From NCBI GenBank assembly GCA_025061115.1, contig JANZKC010000001.1, positions 64,001 to 128,000 on the forward strand: a stretch of DNA of 64,000 nucleotides, in the 5' to 3' direction. The DNA is from Candidatus Culexmicrobium cathedralense (lineage in GTDB: Archaea > Thermoproteota > Methanomethylicia > Culexarchaeales > Culexmicrobiaceae). Every line of letters begins with the position of its first letter. Position 1 is the first letter of the stretch. This document shows positions 47,439 through 57,805 of this stretch, piece after piece. Below the pieces are notes generated by a model. That model searched no databases, was not told where the DNA came from, and worked only from the letters and a program-made list of their open reading frames with translations. The position numbers and the translations under genes are program-made.

Positions 47439-47522
47439 TACTTAAATTGAAAGCATGTAAATAAATAAAATGTTTTCGAGAACAAGACATTAGCACCTTC
47501 TAAAGCACGCTATAAACTTGTT

Positions 47523-48665
47523 CTAGAGTAAGCCCGCAGTAAAAATGCCAGCGAATTTTAATGCCTTTGAAGGATTTAATAATAATTGAACCAGACTAGA
47601 AATATGATTATCATAATCAAATTCACGCATAACTTTATCTTGAAACTTTAATCTTTCTGCACCCTTAGCCATAATTTTTACAGGCAAGTAATCGTGAGCT
47701 CCAAGTACTCTAAAAGCGATATACGCAGCTCTTAACCCATTAATTAATGGCTTCACACTAGTGCAATACTCTCCTACAGCTCTTTTCCAGTCCAGTTCGC
47801 TGTTCAACAATTTATTCAGCTTATCAGCCATTAATTTTGCAGCAATAGTGATTGGGTATAGCCCACCTCCACTCAAAGGCTTTGTCATTTGAATGCAATC
47901 CCCAATACCAACAATTCTTCCTAAAGCTATTTTGCCAGCAACTCCGCGAATAATCGTGCCTCCGAAAAAGTATTTTAACTTCGATTTTCGAAGCTTGCCT
48001 TGGATTTCAAGCATTTTCTGAAAAGCCAGTAACCTCCTCTGCAATTTAGCGCTAGACTTTGAAGCTAATCCTATTATAGCTTCGCGCTTATCCTTTAATG
48101 GTATGAACCACGAGAAAAAACCATCGGCGAACTTATTTAAGTAAACTTCAATGCAATCACAATCAACTACACCTTTAATTTTCGCCTGCAAACCGTAATA
48201 ATCGTCGCTTTGACTTATCAAATTAAGATTTCTGGAGTGCAGCCTACTAGCTCCTTCAGCCAAAACAATGACTTCACCATTAAACTTCTCACCTCCTGCA
48301 ATCAAAAAACCCCGATCACTTACATGAGTAACTTTAAAATTCAGCTTAACTTCAGCACCTGCACTTAGGCTTTCATGATATAAGTGCTGCTCCAACCCAA
48401 CCCTATCAACTTTAACTGCCAGTGGGTTCCCCCTCCAAACAAGCGCACCACTCCCAGTGAAAATCTTCATCTCATTGAATGTCTCTTCCACAAGGAATTT
48501 TGGAAGCCGTAAAAGCCTGGCAGTTCTACTGCTAATTATACCTGCGCAATGCTCTGGACGACCAACTCTTCCATGCTCCTCAAAAACAACTACCCCATCT
48601 CCTAAAAAACTAGCTATCAAGAGTCCTGAAAATCCTCCACCGACAATGAGCACTCTTCCCTGCAA
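47523..48665 (-). CDS. Geranylgeranyl reductase-family FAD oxidoreductase
   Basis: IVGGGFSG, PEHCAG, FSWFIP, GD...TKPLSGGGL. Confidence 0.85.
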   Translation of the reverse strand: MQGRVLIVGGGFSGLLIASFLGDGVVVFEEHGRVGRPEHCAGIISSRTARLLRLPKFLVEETFNEMKIFTGSGALVWRGNPLAVKVDRVGLEQHLYHESLSAGAEVKLNFKVTHVSDRGFLIAGGEKFNGEVIVLAEGASRLHSRNLNLISQSDDYYGLQAKIKGVVDCDCIEVYLNKFADGFFSWFIPLKDKREAIIGLASKSSAKLQRRLLAFQKMLEIQGKLRKSKLKYFFGGTIIRGVAGKIALGRIVGIGDCIQMTKPLSGGGLYPITIAAKLMADKLNKLLNSELDWKRAVGEYCTSVKPLINGLRAAYIAFRVLGAHDYLPVKIMAKGAERLKFQDKVMREFDYDNHISSLVQLLLNPSKALKFAGIFTAGLL

Positions 48666-48766
48666 CGTTACTCAATAAACTTAAATGCATAACCTAAAAT
48701 AGCTTTACTTTATCGTTAAATTAATTTTATATTTTAAGTGAAAACTTAATTTAACTGGGTGATTCG

Positions 48767-49522
48767 GTGCATAATAAGCTCAAAAGAATGCTGAAAAAAG
48801 GGTTGAACGCAATTGGTTTATGGGTTACGATAGATTCACCAGATGTTGCTGAGCTACTTTCAAACGTTGGATTTGACTGGCTTGTCATCGATATGGAGCA
48901 TTCTCACCTAACCATAAGTGATGTACAAAACTTAGTTCAAGTCATAGATGAGAATAATACTACACCAATAGTTAGGACTGCATGGAATGACCCAGTATTA
49001 ATTAAAATGGTTTTGGACGTAGGAGTTCATGGAGTTCTAGTACCATGGGTTAATAGTAGGGAGGAAGCCGAACTAGCAGTAAAGTCTGTCAGATATCCTC
49101 CTCAAGGCATTAGAGGTTATGGACCTAGAAGAGCTGCAATGTACGGCTTAAAGTTAAAGGAATACCTCAAAACTGCCGATCAGGAAGTTATGGTGATTCC
49201 TCAAATTGAAACCGCTAAAGCAGTAGATAATCTTGAAGAAATATTGTCGGTTGAGGGCATAGATGCGATATTTATTGGCCCATATGACTTAGCAGCATCA
49301 CTAGGATACCTGGGAAATCCAAGCCACCCAGTAGTTCAGGAAAAAATCAAATTAATATTAGATAAAAGCAGAACTGCAGGTGTGCCTGCAGGAATTTTCA
49401 CGTCACCTGAAGAAGCAAAAAGGTACATTGAAATGGGATTTCAGCTAATAGCTGCTGGAAGCGACATAGGGATACTCGCAAATAAATGCATGGAAATTTT
49501 AAGAAAACTAAAGAATCAATGA
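48767..49522 (+). CDS. HpcH/HpaI class II aldolase
   Basis: GFDWLVIDMEH, RYPPQGIRG, QIET, FIGPYDL. Confidence 0.93.
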   Translation: MHNKLKRMLKKGLNAIGLWVTIDSPDVAELLSNVGFDWLVIDMEHSHLTISDVQNLVQVIDENNTTPIVRTAWNDPVLIKMVLDVGVHGVLVPWVNSREEAELAVKSVRYPPQGIRGYGPRRAAMYGLKLKEYLKTADQEVMVIPQIETAKAVDNLEEILSVEGIDAIFIGPYDLAASLGYLGNPSHPVVQEKIKLILDKSRTAGVPAGIFTSPEEAKRYIEMGFQLIAAGSDIGILANKCMEILRKLKNQ

Positions 49523-49610
49523 GTTCGCAACCCCATTTATTTAATTTAAAACTAAGTTAAGAGCCACGGCTACTAAGCAAGCTTTAAGTTAAATTTAATG
49601 CAAGTTTTAA

Positions 49611-49856
49611 GTGGTGGTCAGGTTGAATGATTATGAACTCATAAAGCATCCAAAGTTCATTGAATTTCTTTCAGGCATGCTTCTAACATTAGACAAATTT
49701 TACAAGCTTGACGAGGAAATGAGGAAGCTTATAATAAGGAGCTTTGAAAGCTGGCTTAGACGAGTAGGAGAATCGCCGCCTGCAAGAGCTGTCATTAGGT
49801 GTCCGTACTGCGGCAGACCCATTGAAGTCCAACTAACTGCTAGAAGCTTAGCTTAA
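49611..49856 (+). CDS. Hypothetical protein with C-terminal CPYCG
   Basis: 81-aa ORF between convergent genes. Confidence 0.6.
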   Translation: MVVRLNDYELIKHPKFIEFLSGMLLTLDKFYKLDEEMRKLIIRSFESWLRRVGESPPARAVIRCPYCGRPIEVQLTARSLA

Positions 49857-49864
49857 TCGAAGCT

Positions 49865-51325
49865 TTAAGCCAGCCTCTTATGCATATATGGGCTGTTGGG
49901 AAGCCTCCTATACCCAAATCTCCTATAATAATCTCTAACGCCAATTCCTGAAAGAACTAGCATGCGGCTTCTATCATACTCTTCTAAAGCCACCCTTTCA
50001 GCTTCAGCCAGAAGCTTGGTCCCCCAACCTCTATGCTGCCACTCAATCACCGGCTTCAAACCCACAGGCAACTGAGGGCCGTAAACGTGCAACTCCCGTA
50101 TAATTGCAGTCTTCGAATTCACCTCTCTTCTATGAGCTCTATCAGAAGGTATTCTTAACCTCAAAAAGCCTATTAGAATGTCTTGAACTACATCCTCAAA
50201 TGAGAGGAATATTTCAATTCCACCACTAGCCTCATAGGAAATTTTAAGCAGCCTTATGTTCTCAAGCTTTGGAACCAAGCCCTTCTTAAGCATTACATGT
50301 CCAACTTCACGGCACCTTATACAACTGCACTTCAAACCCCTTCTTTCAAGTTCCCAATGAACTAATTGCCTTAGATGCCCCTTATCAACTCCAGCTTCAA
50401 CAACGTTCACCGGAATATCCCTTTGAATTCTCTGAATTCTAACCCACCTTGGAATCTTAGGCAAAATTTTTACTAGAAATTCTATTGCATCCCCAGTCGT
50501 CATCGGCTTATAATCGCCTCTCAACCACATATCATAAAGCTTTGTCCCCTTAACTACAATTGTAGGATAGATTTTGAGCATGTCCGGCATAAAGTTTGGA
50601 TCACTAAAAATTACATTGAAAACCTCCTCATCCATGCTTAGGTCGCTTCCAGGGAGCCCCGGCATGATGTGATAGCAAACCTTGAATCCCGAATCCTTCA
50701 AAATCCTCGTTGCTTCAATGGTGTCCTCAACCGTATGCCCTCTTTCAAGACGAGATAACACCTCCTCAAAAACTGTTTGCACTCCAATTTCAACTCTTGT
50801 TCCTCCTAGGCGAAGCATTCTGTCAGCTTGTGCCTCCTTCGCCCAGTCAGGCCTAGTTTCAAATGTCATTCCGACGCATCTTATCTTTGCATGCTCGTTT
50901 CTCTTCTGAGCGCTTTCAAGGCTAATCCACCTTTTGGGCTTATCCCTAGGATACCTGTTCATGGCTTCAAGACACATAGTTACGAACCACTCTTGATAGT
51001 CAAGTGGAGTTGCCGGAAACGTTCCGCCCATAATTATTAGCTCAACTTTTGATGGCGTATGCCCGAGAAGCTCATATTGGCTTAGTCGAACTTTAACCTG
51101 CTCATAGGGATCATAATTACACATCTGCGCTCTCATCAATGCAGGCTCTTTACCATAATAGCTTTGCGGAGTACCATAATTCGGACCTCCAGGACAATAA
51201 ATGCATCTACCATGCGGGCAGGGGTATGGCTTAGACATTACTGCAACTACAGTTACCCCTGAAATAATTCTGACAGGCTTCCTCCTAGACCTTAAAAGCC
51301 TCTGTATGTTTTTGGCATCCAACAA
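49865..51325 (-). CDS. elp3: tRNA U34 carboxymethyltransferase Elp3 (radical SAM + KAT)
   Basis: CPHGRCIYCPGG, GGTF, ETRPD, KIYP, RIQRDIP, CIRCRE, RELHVYG, QHRGWG. Confidence 0.96.
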   Translation of the reverse strand: MLDAKNIQRLLRSRRKPVRIISGVTVVAVMSKPYPCPHGRCIYCPGGPNYGTPQSYYGKEPALMRAQMCNYDPYEQVKVRLSQYELLGHTPSKVELIIMGGTFPATPLDYQEWFVTMCLEAMNRYPRDKPKRWISLESAQKRNEHAKIRCVGMTFETRPDWAKEAQADRMLRLGGTRVEIGVQTVFEEVLSRLERGHTVEDTIEATRILKDSGFKVCYHIMPGLPGSDLSMDEEVFNVIFSDPNFMPDMLKIYPTIVVKGTKLYDMWLRGDYKPMTTGDAIEFLVKILPKIPRWVRIQRIQRDIPVNVVEAGVDKGHLRQLVHWELERRGLKCSCIRCREVGHVMLKKGLVPKLENIRLLKISYEASGGIEIFLSFEDVVQDILIGFLRLRIPSDRAHRREVNSKTAIIRELHVYGPQLPVGLKPVIEWQHRGWGTKLLAEAERVALEEYDRSRMLVLSGIGVRDYYRRFGYRRLPNSPYMHKRLA

Positions 51326-51345
51326 TTTCGCACCACACTACTAAA

Positions 51346-52074
51346 TTATAAACAGCAATTTGAAGATGTCGGAGCTTTCACTCCAATTACAACATGATTT
51401 TCAGCGAAAAATCTCGATTTGAAGCTTTTACCATAAACCTTGATTACTTTAAATCCAGCCTCCCCAACCGTTTGAACAGCTTCTCTCCTCGAAAATAAGT
51501 GATAAAATCTATGAAATGTCCCTTTTCTAGACCTCCACGGAACATAAGTATCTCCGAATTCCCTGACTTTACCAGTAACGTATTTCCACAGCATGGCCGG
51601 AATTTTACTGAAAAATCGCGGTTGATATTTAGCCCACACGCTTAATACAAGCATTCCATTAGGCTTCAACGCTCTAAAAATCTCATTTAAAGCGGCGATC
51701 CTCGCACTTTTTGATGGTATGTGATGAATAGTAGCTAGACAAGCCGCACCATCGATGACCTCACCTCTTAATGGCATAAAATTCATATCGCAAAGAATTG
51801 GATGTAACAAGTACGATTTACCAATAACCCTAGACTTGTTAAGAGCTATTCTTAACATATCACGCGATAAGTCTATAGCTAAAACTTCGGATCCACATTC
51901 AATTGCAGCTATAGCATGTCTTCCTGAGCCGCACCCCACATCTGCAATTAATTGATCCTTTTTAGCTATTAGGTAAATTTCATCCCAAGGTCTACGCCTA
52001 GTTGCATCGAATTCTCTTGAAATTTCATTGAAAATCATCATTAAATGCCGCTTAACTCTAAATAGATCATTCAC
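51346..52074 (-). CDS. trm9: Trm9/ALKBH8-like tRNA cm5U34 methyltransferase
   Basis: FDATRRRPW, DVGCGSGR, TIHHI, SVWA..Q, D.YVPW, RFYHLF; directly upstream of elp3. Confidence 0.8.
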   Translation of the reverse strand: MNDLFRVKRHLMMIFNEISREFDATRRRPWDEIYLIAKKDQLIADVGCGSGRHAIAAIECGSEVLAIDLSRDMLRIALNKSRVIGKSYLLHPILCDMNFMPLRGEVIDGAACLATIHHIPSKSARIAALNEIFRALKPNGMLVLSVWAKYQPRFFSKIPAMLWKYVTGKVREFGDTYVPWRSRKGTFHRFYHLFSRREAVQTVGEAGFKVIKVYGKSFKSRFFAENHVVIGVKAPTSSNCCL

Positions 52075-52077
52075 GAG

Positions 52078-52641
52078 TTAGCGTCCTCCCCAAAATTTTT
52101 CTCCAAGTCTAGACATGATTAGCGGAGCTGAAGCCAATGATCCTATCAAAATGAAGTATATTGAGGCACTTCTAACTCGCATTATTGGTATATTTCGTTT
52201 AGTTATCTTAATTCTGTAATCAACGGTCGCTATGCCTGAAAGCTCATTTGAAATCACGATTATTAACCTAACAGTTTGCTCGAAATTCACCTCACCAGAG
52301 TACGGCGAATCACCTTCAAATATCGCATTAAGCTGCCCAAGTGAATCCTTAATTTCACTAATATTGCATCGCCCACCAAGAAGGGGCGGCTCTAATATAA
52401 TGTCAGAGCTAGCAGTTACAATGTATATTTTAAGCCCATAACCTCGCACTTCAATTTCTATTTTATCCAATGGACTAAATATTTGAGAGCATATGACTTC
52501 TCCTTCCCCAACTATTAAGCTACTTGAGCCTGTGAACTCTGATGTGCTAAAGGGTATTTCTATCATGCTTGATGAGTAAAGCACTAAGCCAACTGTAAGT
52601 AGTATTAAACCTAATCTGCCGATGAAGTAGAGGATCCTCAT
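52078..52641 (-). CDS. Hypothetical membrane protein (two terminal TM helices)
   Basis: Overlaps the ABC permease stop; hydrophobic termini. Confidence 0.75.
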   Translation of the reverse strand: MRILYFIGRLGLILLTVGLVLYSSSMIEIPFSTSEFTGSSSLIVGEGEVICSQIFSPLDKIEIEVRGYGLKIYIVTASSDIILEPPLLGGRCNISEIKDSLGQLNAIFEGDSPYSGEVNFEQTVRLIIVISNELSGIATVDYRIKITKRNIPIMRVRSASIYFILIGSLASAPLIMSRLGEKFWGGR

Positions 52642-53453
52642 GTAGGCTCAAACCTCCTAATAAAATGTAAAGCAACAGCTGCAAGAACTCCAATTGAGAT
52701 GGCATAGTGAGCTATAAGGTACACCGCTGATTCTTCAAAGGTTAATGTTGGCAGATGAATGAAAGGAAGAAGAGACCCTCCAAAGTGAGAGGCAAAAGCA
52801 AAGAGAGGCTCAAGAATGAATAGAGCAACTTGATACTCATATCTTCTTGTTGTGCCCGCGAAGTAAAGCATTGCAATCTCGAGAATTGCAATGGCAAAAT
52901 ACAATGCAACCCCCATGCCAAGAGATGCGCCTCCTCTCTTAATTAAAAGTGAAGCTGCAACGACAATGGCTCCAAAAAGAATGCAGGGACCAGTGACCGA
53001 TAAAATTAGAAGAAGCAATTGAAAGCCGTAAAGATTGAAGACTTCTGGATATAATAAGTATGAAGCTAGCAGCAGCGTCAAGGTGAAGTATGTGAATGGA
53101 ATAAGAATGCAAGTCAAAATTTTAACGATAAATATATCCAAGCGCTTCAATGGGTACGTGAGGTAAGTTTGCATCAAGCCCTTCTCCACTTCACCTGCAA
53201 ATCCAAAAGCAATGTTCTTAGCCATTAAAATATTAGTTATAAACTTAGGCAGAACTGTTGAAAAGTACAGATATATGAGAAAAATCGTCATACCGCCTAT
53301 ACCACCAATATGGGGTATAGCCGAAACGATAAGGAAAAAGGCATACAATGCAGCGTAAAGCTCAGCCATTGGAAACCTGTAGGCTGAAGAAAGATCTATT
53401 GATAAAAGCTCTAGTAGAGCTTTAAGCCTACTATAGCCAGCTTTAACCTCCAT
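52638..53453 (-). CDS. ABC-2 type exporter permease
   Basis: AGEVEKG....LTYPLKR......K motif; about 6 TM segments. Confidence 0.88.
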   Translation of the reverse strand: MEVKAGYSRLKALLELLSIDLSSAYRFPMAELYAALYAFFLIVSAIPHIGGIGGMTIFLIYLYFSTVLPKFITNILMAKNIAFGFAGEVEKGLMQTYLTYPLKRLDIFIVKILTCILIPFTYFTLTLLLASYLLYPEVFNLYGFQLLLLILSVTGPCILFGAIVVAASLLIKRGGASLGMGVALYFAIAILEIAMLYFAGTTRRYEYQVALFILEPLFAFASHFGGSLLPFIHLPTLTFEESAVYLIAHYAISIGVLAAVALHFIRRFEPT

Positions 53454-54393
53454 TTGAAGCCACCCTCTTGTAAAGCTCTTCTAATGAAGCTGCCTTCAAG
53501 TCGACGCCGAAAAGCTTAACTCCCGCCTTTCTTGCAGCTTCAGCTACATCAGAGTAGAAGTGCTGCTCATATCCCTCCTTAACTTTCACTAAAACTTCAA
53601 TTCTAGTCATGCTTATCTGCTCAACATAGGGTAATTTAACTAGTTCTGCTACTAGCTTCCTAGGATCATTAGATGAAACTCTAAACATGGCTAAACCAAA
53701 CTGCTTAAATAGCTCGTCTAGGCTACCCTCGGCTTTTATCTCCCCCTCATGTATAAAAGCAACCCTATCACAAACCCTGGCAAGCTCTGGTAAAATATGA
53801 GAAGAAACTATGAAATCAACATCCTCCTCATCTCTCATCTTCCTCATTAAACTCAAGAAGTTTAATCTAGCAAGCGGATCCAAATTCGACGTAGGCTCAT
53901 CAGCAATGACCAACTTTGGCTTATGCACCAACGCCTGAGCAAGCCCAAGCCTTTGAAGCATACCTGCGGACAAGCCCCTAATTAATCTCGATTTCACTTC
54001 AAGCAACCCCACCAGCTTTAACACTTCCATAACTCGACGCTTAGGATTTTCAACGCCATAAATTCTCGCCACATGAAGCAAATACCTCTCGCAGGAAACA
54101 TAAAGAGGATACGCTAGCTCCTCATGCAAAACTCCAACCAAAACTTTAACCTTAGGATTATCCCAGGGATTTTCACCAAAAAGCTTGACTTCACCCTCAT
54201 CAGGCTTCAACAATCCTAATATAATTCTAAGAGCAGTAGTTTTACCTGCACCATTAGGGCCAATCAACCCGAAAAAAGAGTTTTTCGGTATGGTTAATGT
54301 TAAGCCTTTAAGTGCAACTACGTTGCCAAACCTCTTAACTAAACCTTTACACTCAACGACATTCATAATGCTGCCCTCATCGAGAAACATCAA
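53443..54393 (-). CDS. ABC transporter ATP-binding protein (start probably ATG 54366)
   Basis: GPNGAGKTT, LSAGM, DEPT, SSH. Confidence 0.95.
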   Translation of the reverse strand: MMFLDEGSIMNVVECKGLVKRFGNVVALKGLTLTIPKNSFFGLIGPNGAGKTTALRIILGLLKPDEGEVKLFGENPWDNPKVKVLVGVLHEELAYPLYVSCERYLLHVARIYGVENPKRRVMEVLKLVGLLEVKSRLIRGLSAGMLQRLGLAQALVHKPKLVIADEPTSNLDPLARLNFLSLMRKMRDEEDVDFIVSSHILPELARVCDRVAFIHEGEIKAEGSLDELFKQFGLAMFRVSSNDPRKLVAELVKLPYVEQISMTRIEVLVKVKEGYEQHFYSDVAEAARKAGVKLFGVDLKAASLEELYKRVASNGG

Positions 54394-54846
54394 CTAATAA
54401 TATACCTCAATCAGTATGGTACGCGCTCCTCCTTAATAGCTTTTTGAATCTGCTTTAAATTGGAATGAAAAGCTTAATGTTTAGCAGTAAAACTCTAATA
54501 AAGCATTTATATCAAATACAGTTAATTTAATCTCGCACCTTTCAAAATATTTGATAATAGAAATTTCAATGCAATTTAATTGGAAAGCTACTAGCAAACT
54601 TAAGCAAGAGCTATGTCAAGCATCCAATTAAGCATGCATTGAGGAGAAGGTCTTAAAGGATGAATGAGTTTAAAGCACCTCAATGCAGTTAAATGCTTCA
54701 CTGCAATATGTGGCATTTATTGAGCGTGCACATAGGCTACTTCTATTAAATTCAAGAGTACAATTAATTATCCAGGTAATAGTCGAAATCAATTTCAACC
54801 CACAAAATTATTTTGTTAGTAATAAAACTAATTTACATGATAAATA

Positions 54847-55371
54847 ATGGAACGCAAAATCGTTAAAAGCAAATACTTTATTTTTGCAGCATATGTTGGA
54901 GCGCTTATAGGCGTTCTAGCAGGCATTTTAACTATCATAGAAATGCTCATAATCAAAGCTTTAATTTCACCATCAAGAGAAGAAGGGATATTCATCTTGG
55001 CATGCATTTTAGCTCCAATCACTGAAGAAGTTTTAAAGCCAATTGGACTCATATCTTTTAGGCGCCATGCAAATCATATGCACCTAAAAGACTGGGCCGT
55101 TCTAGGCTCATTTATAGGAGTAGGATTTGCAGCTCTAGAAAATGCAATCTATTTCATGTCAGCATTATTGACTGGAGGTAAAGCTCTTGCAATAGCAACA
55201 GCCATATTCAGGACATTCACAACCTTACCGATGCACGCACTTACATCCACCATTTCAAGTTTAGGTTTTGGACTTTGGTTTTCTCTGAGAAAACCTCTTG
55301 CCATCCCAGTATTCTATGTTATTTCCATAGTAATTCACAGCACTTTTAACTTTGCCATAATTGCCATTTAG
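54847..55371 (+). CDS. PrsW family intramembrane glutamic protease
   Basis: APITEEVLK, GFAALEN, MHA, IHSTFN. Confidence 0.88.
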   Translation: MERKIVKSKYFIFAAYVGALIGVLAGILTIIEMLIIKALISPSREEGIFILACILAPITEEVLKPIGLISFRRHANHMHLKDWAVLGSFIGVGFAALENAIYFMSALLTGGKALAIATAIFRTFTTLPMHALTSTISSLGFGLWFSLRKPLAIPVFYVISIVIHSTFNFAIIAI

Positions 55372-55572
55372 CTCACCTAATTTTGCTTTTCGAACAATTT
55401 CAGCAATATCAGAATAATGGTCTGCGCCACCAACTATAACTCCCTTACTTACTTTAACCCTCCTACCACACCTAAAACACATAAAGGTCTTGACCTTGCA
55501 TGAAATAGCTCTATAGTCGCCGCAATACGGACATTTCACTGCTAAGTAACGGGGCCGCATTGCTCCAATCAC
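55261..55572 (-). CDS. Small Zn-ribbon protein (DUF1922-like)
   Basis: YLAVKCPYCG...CFRCG; 3' end overlaps the convergent PrsW gene by 111 nt. Confidence 0.65.
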   Translation of the reverse strand: MIGAMRPRYLAVKCPYCGDYRAISCKVKTFMCFRCGRRVKVSKGVIVGGADHYSDIAEIVRKAKLGELNGNYGKVKSAVNYYGNNIEYWDGKRFSQRKPKSKT

Positions 55573-56040
55573 AAAATTTCATAATAGATCACATATTTAA
55601 ATTGCAACTAACCTCTTCAACAAGAATGTTTAGGATTATTAAAATCATCACGGAAGAAGAATCGGCATATTATATTCACATCAAGATTACTCGCTGAAAT
55701 TTCAAGATTAAAACCCTAGCTCATATAGAAGTTAGCATCCACATCAATAAGTTAAACTCTAAAAAGCAAGTATAAAATTAAGATACTTTAAGTTATAAAT
55801 GGATTTAGATTATAAAAACTTTAATAAAAAACAAAAAATCAGATAATAGTTATCATCAATGCTAAAATTAGCAGCAATTAGTAGAAAGGTAAAAATGATG
55901 ACAATCAGCCACACTCATTTGAAAATTCTAACGCTGAAATAAATGCAAGTTAAATCACTAATCTTAAATCAAAAATAATTTTTAAATTTTTTATGCGTAA
56001 AACTAATTAATAATAATTAACATACAATTTTTCACAAAGC

Positions 56041-56844
56041 ATGGTGATGAATTTGGAAAAATACGTTCCCAAAGATGTCATGAGCTTTGTAAGCTTACCA
56101 AAAAGAAAGTTGGCTGAATTCATGGTTAAGTTGAAAAACGTTCCTGGGGCATTGGCTGAAACTTCAGATCTTCTATTTAGGTATGGAGTGAACATTTTAA
56201 CTGGTATGCATATAGTTACGGATCCTGAATTTGGATATTGGATATTCTTTGCAGATTTTACTCGTGCTAGGGAAAAAACAAGTCAAGTTGCCAAAGAATT
56301 GCGGAGCCTCGATAAAGTTCTAGACGTAAAGTATGAGGAAGCTGAAAACTTCATCGTCGAGAGCTTCCTCTACCCTGTGATGTCATGGGACTGGCGATTT
56401 GTAATCATGAATGCTGAAAGGCTAAGTGCAAGCTTTACCAGAATAAAGGAGCTTCTGGGAAGCGGCGCTGCAACAATTCTATTTTATCAGGGGTTTGAGT
56501 ATGGAGCAAATCTAGCTTATTGGATAAAAGAGTCAATGGACAACATAATAAATCCAAAAGAATTACTTGAAGTTATAGTGAAAATCTACAGGACAAATGG
56601 CTGGGGAGATGCAGAAATATCTAAGATGGACCTAAATAGCAAGGAATGCATAGTAAAAGTTTACAACTGCTTTGAAACGCTAAGTAGTGCAGTCGACACC
56701 ATGAATACTACCTGCGACTTCAATCGAGGATTTTGGAGCGGTGTATTCACAAAAATCCTCCAAACAAGAATGAAAGCTGAAGAAATTAAATGCGCTGGAA
56801 AGGGAGATGAACACTGCGAATTCGTGATAAAGCCTTGGACATAA
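56041..56844 (+). CDS. ACT + V4R domain protein
   Basis: LKNVPGALA ACT motif; GWG, NCFE, CDFNRG, EIKC...GDEHCEF. Confidence 0.88.
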   Translation: MVMNLEKYVPKDVMSFVSLPKRKLAEFMVKLKNVPGALAETSDLLFRYGVNILTGMHIVTDPEFGYWIFFADFTRAREKTSQVAKELRSLDKVLDVKYEEAENFIVESFLYPVMSWDWRFVIMNAERLSASFTRIKELLGSGAATILFYQGFEYGANLAYWIKESMDNIINPKELLEVIVKIYRTNGWGDAEISKMDLNSKECIVKVYNCFETLSSAVDTMNTTCDFNRGFWSGVFTKILQTRMKAEEIKCAGKGDEHCEFVIKPWT

Positions 56845-56898
56845 ATTATAAGCAACTAATAGAGAACCTAAATATTCCACGCACCATTAAAATAAAGC

Positions 56899-57765
56899 TT
56901 GATGACTAAAGAGCCCATAATGTTAAAAGCTGCTAGAAAAATCATGAAAGAGGAAGACGCCAAAAACGTCATTAAAGGCATAGATATTATTGGAGACATA
57001 GCAGTAATTAAGGTTCCACATAAACTTATGGATAAGCGATTTGAACTAGCTAAAGCATTACTTGAAACTATTCCAAACATAAGAGTTGTTTTAAGAAAAG
57101 CTTCGATCATCAGTGGATTGCATAGACTTATGGAGTTGGAGTGGCTTGCAGGAGAGAAGCGCTTTGAGACGACATACAGAGAGCATGGATGCATATTTAA
57201 AGTCGACTTAAGAAAAACATTCTTTACTCCACGATTATCAGGCGAGAGAATTAGAATCGCAAAGAAAGTCAAAGATGGAGAAGTAATAGTAAACATGTTT
57301 GCAGGAATTGGCACCTACTCAATAATAATTGCAAAACATGCAAATCCTCAAAAAATACTCTCCATAGACATTAATCCTCACGCATACAACCTCATGAAGA
57401 TTAACATTAATTTAAACAAAGTTGAGGATAAAGTAATTCCATTGCTTGGAGACGCTAGAGATATAGTACTTGAGAAGTGCGTTAACCTAGCCAACAGAGT
57501 ACTCATGCCACTACCCAAATTATCTATAGAGTATTTACCATACGCTGTTAAGGCATTAGAAAACGCCCGCGGATGGGTACATCCATACGAATTCATAAAG
57601 GCAGATAAAAGCGAAAACCCGGTAAAAAAGGCAGCTAAAAAATATGCTGAAAAACTAAATGAGATCGGAGTTAAATTTAACATAGCCTACGGCCGTACAG
57701 TAGGTGAAGTTGCACCTAGAAAATATAGGGTTGTGCTAGACATTAAAATTGAAGGATTCAAATAG
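56899..57765 (+). CDS. Trm5/Taw2 (Met-10+) family tRNA G37 methyltransferase
   Basis: DIIGDIA, EHGC.FKVD, ERIRI, NMFAGIG, DINP, RVLMPLP. Confidence 0.88.
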   Translation: MMTKEPIMLKAARKIMKEEDAKNVIKGIDIIGDIAVIKVPHKLMDKRFELAKALLETIPNIRVVLRKASIISGLHRLMELEWLAGEKRFETTYREHGCIFKVDLRKTFFTPRLSGERIRIAKKVKDGEVIVNMFAGIGTYSIIIAKHANPQKILSIDINPHAYNLMKININLNKVEDKVIPLLGDARDIVLEKCVNLANRVLMPLPKLSIEYLPYAVKALENARGWVHPYEFIKADKSENPVKKAAKKYAEKLNEIGVKFNIAYGRTVGEVAPRKYRVVLDIKIEGFK

Positions 57766-57805
57766 ATGAACTAGACCATCATTAACATAAAATTGAAAAT
57801 ATAAC

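Noticed and set aside
55261-55371. 111-nt convergent overlap of the Zn-ribbon and PrsW genes as antisense regulation
   Set aside because: More simply a lost stop codon extending a small protein; no further support
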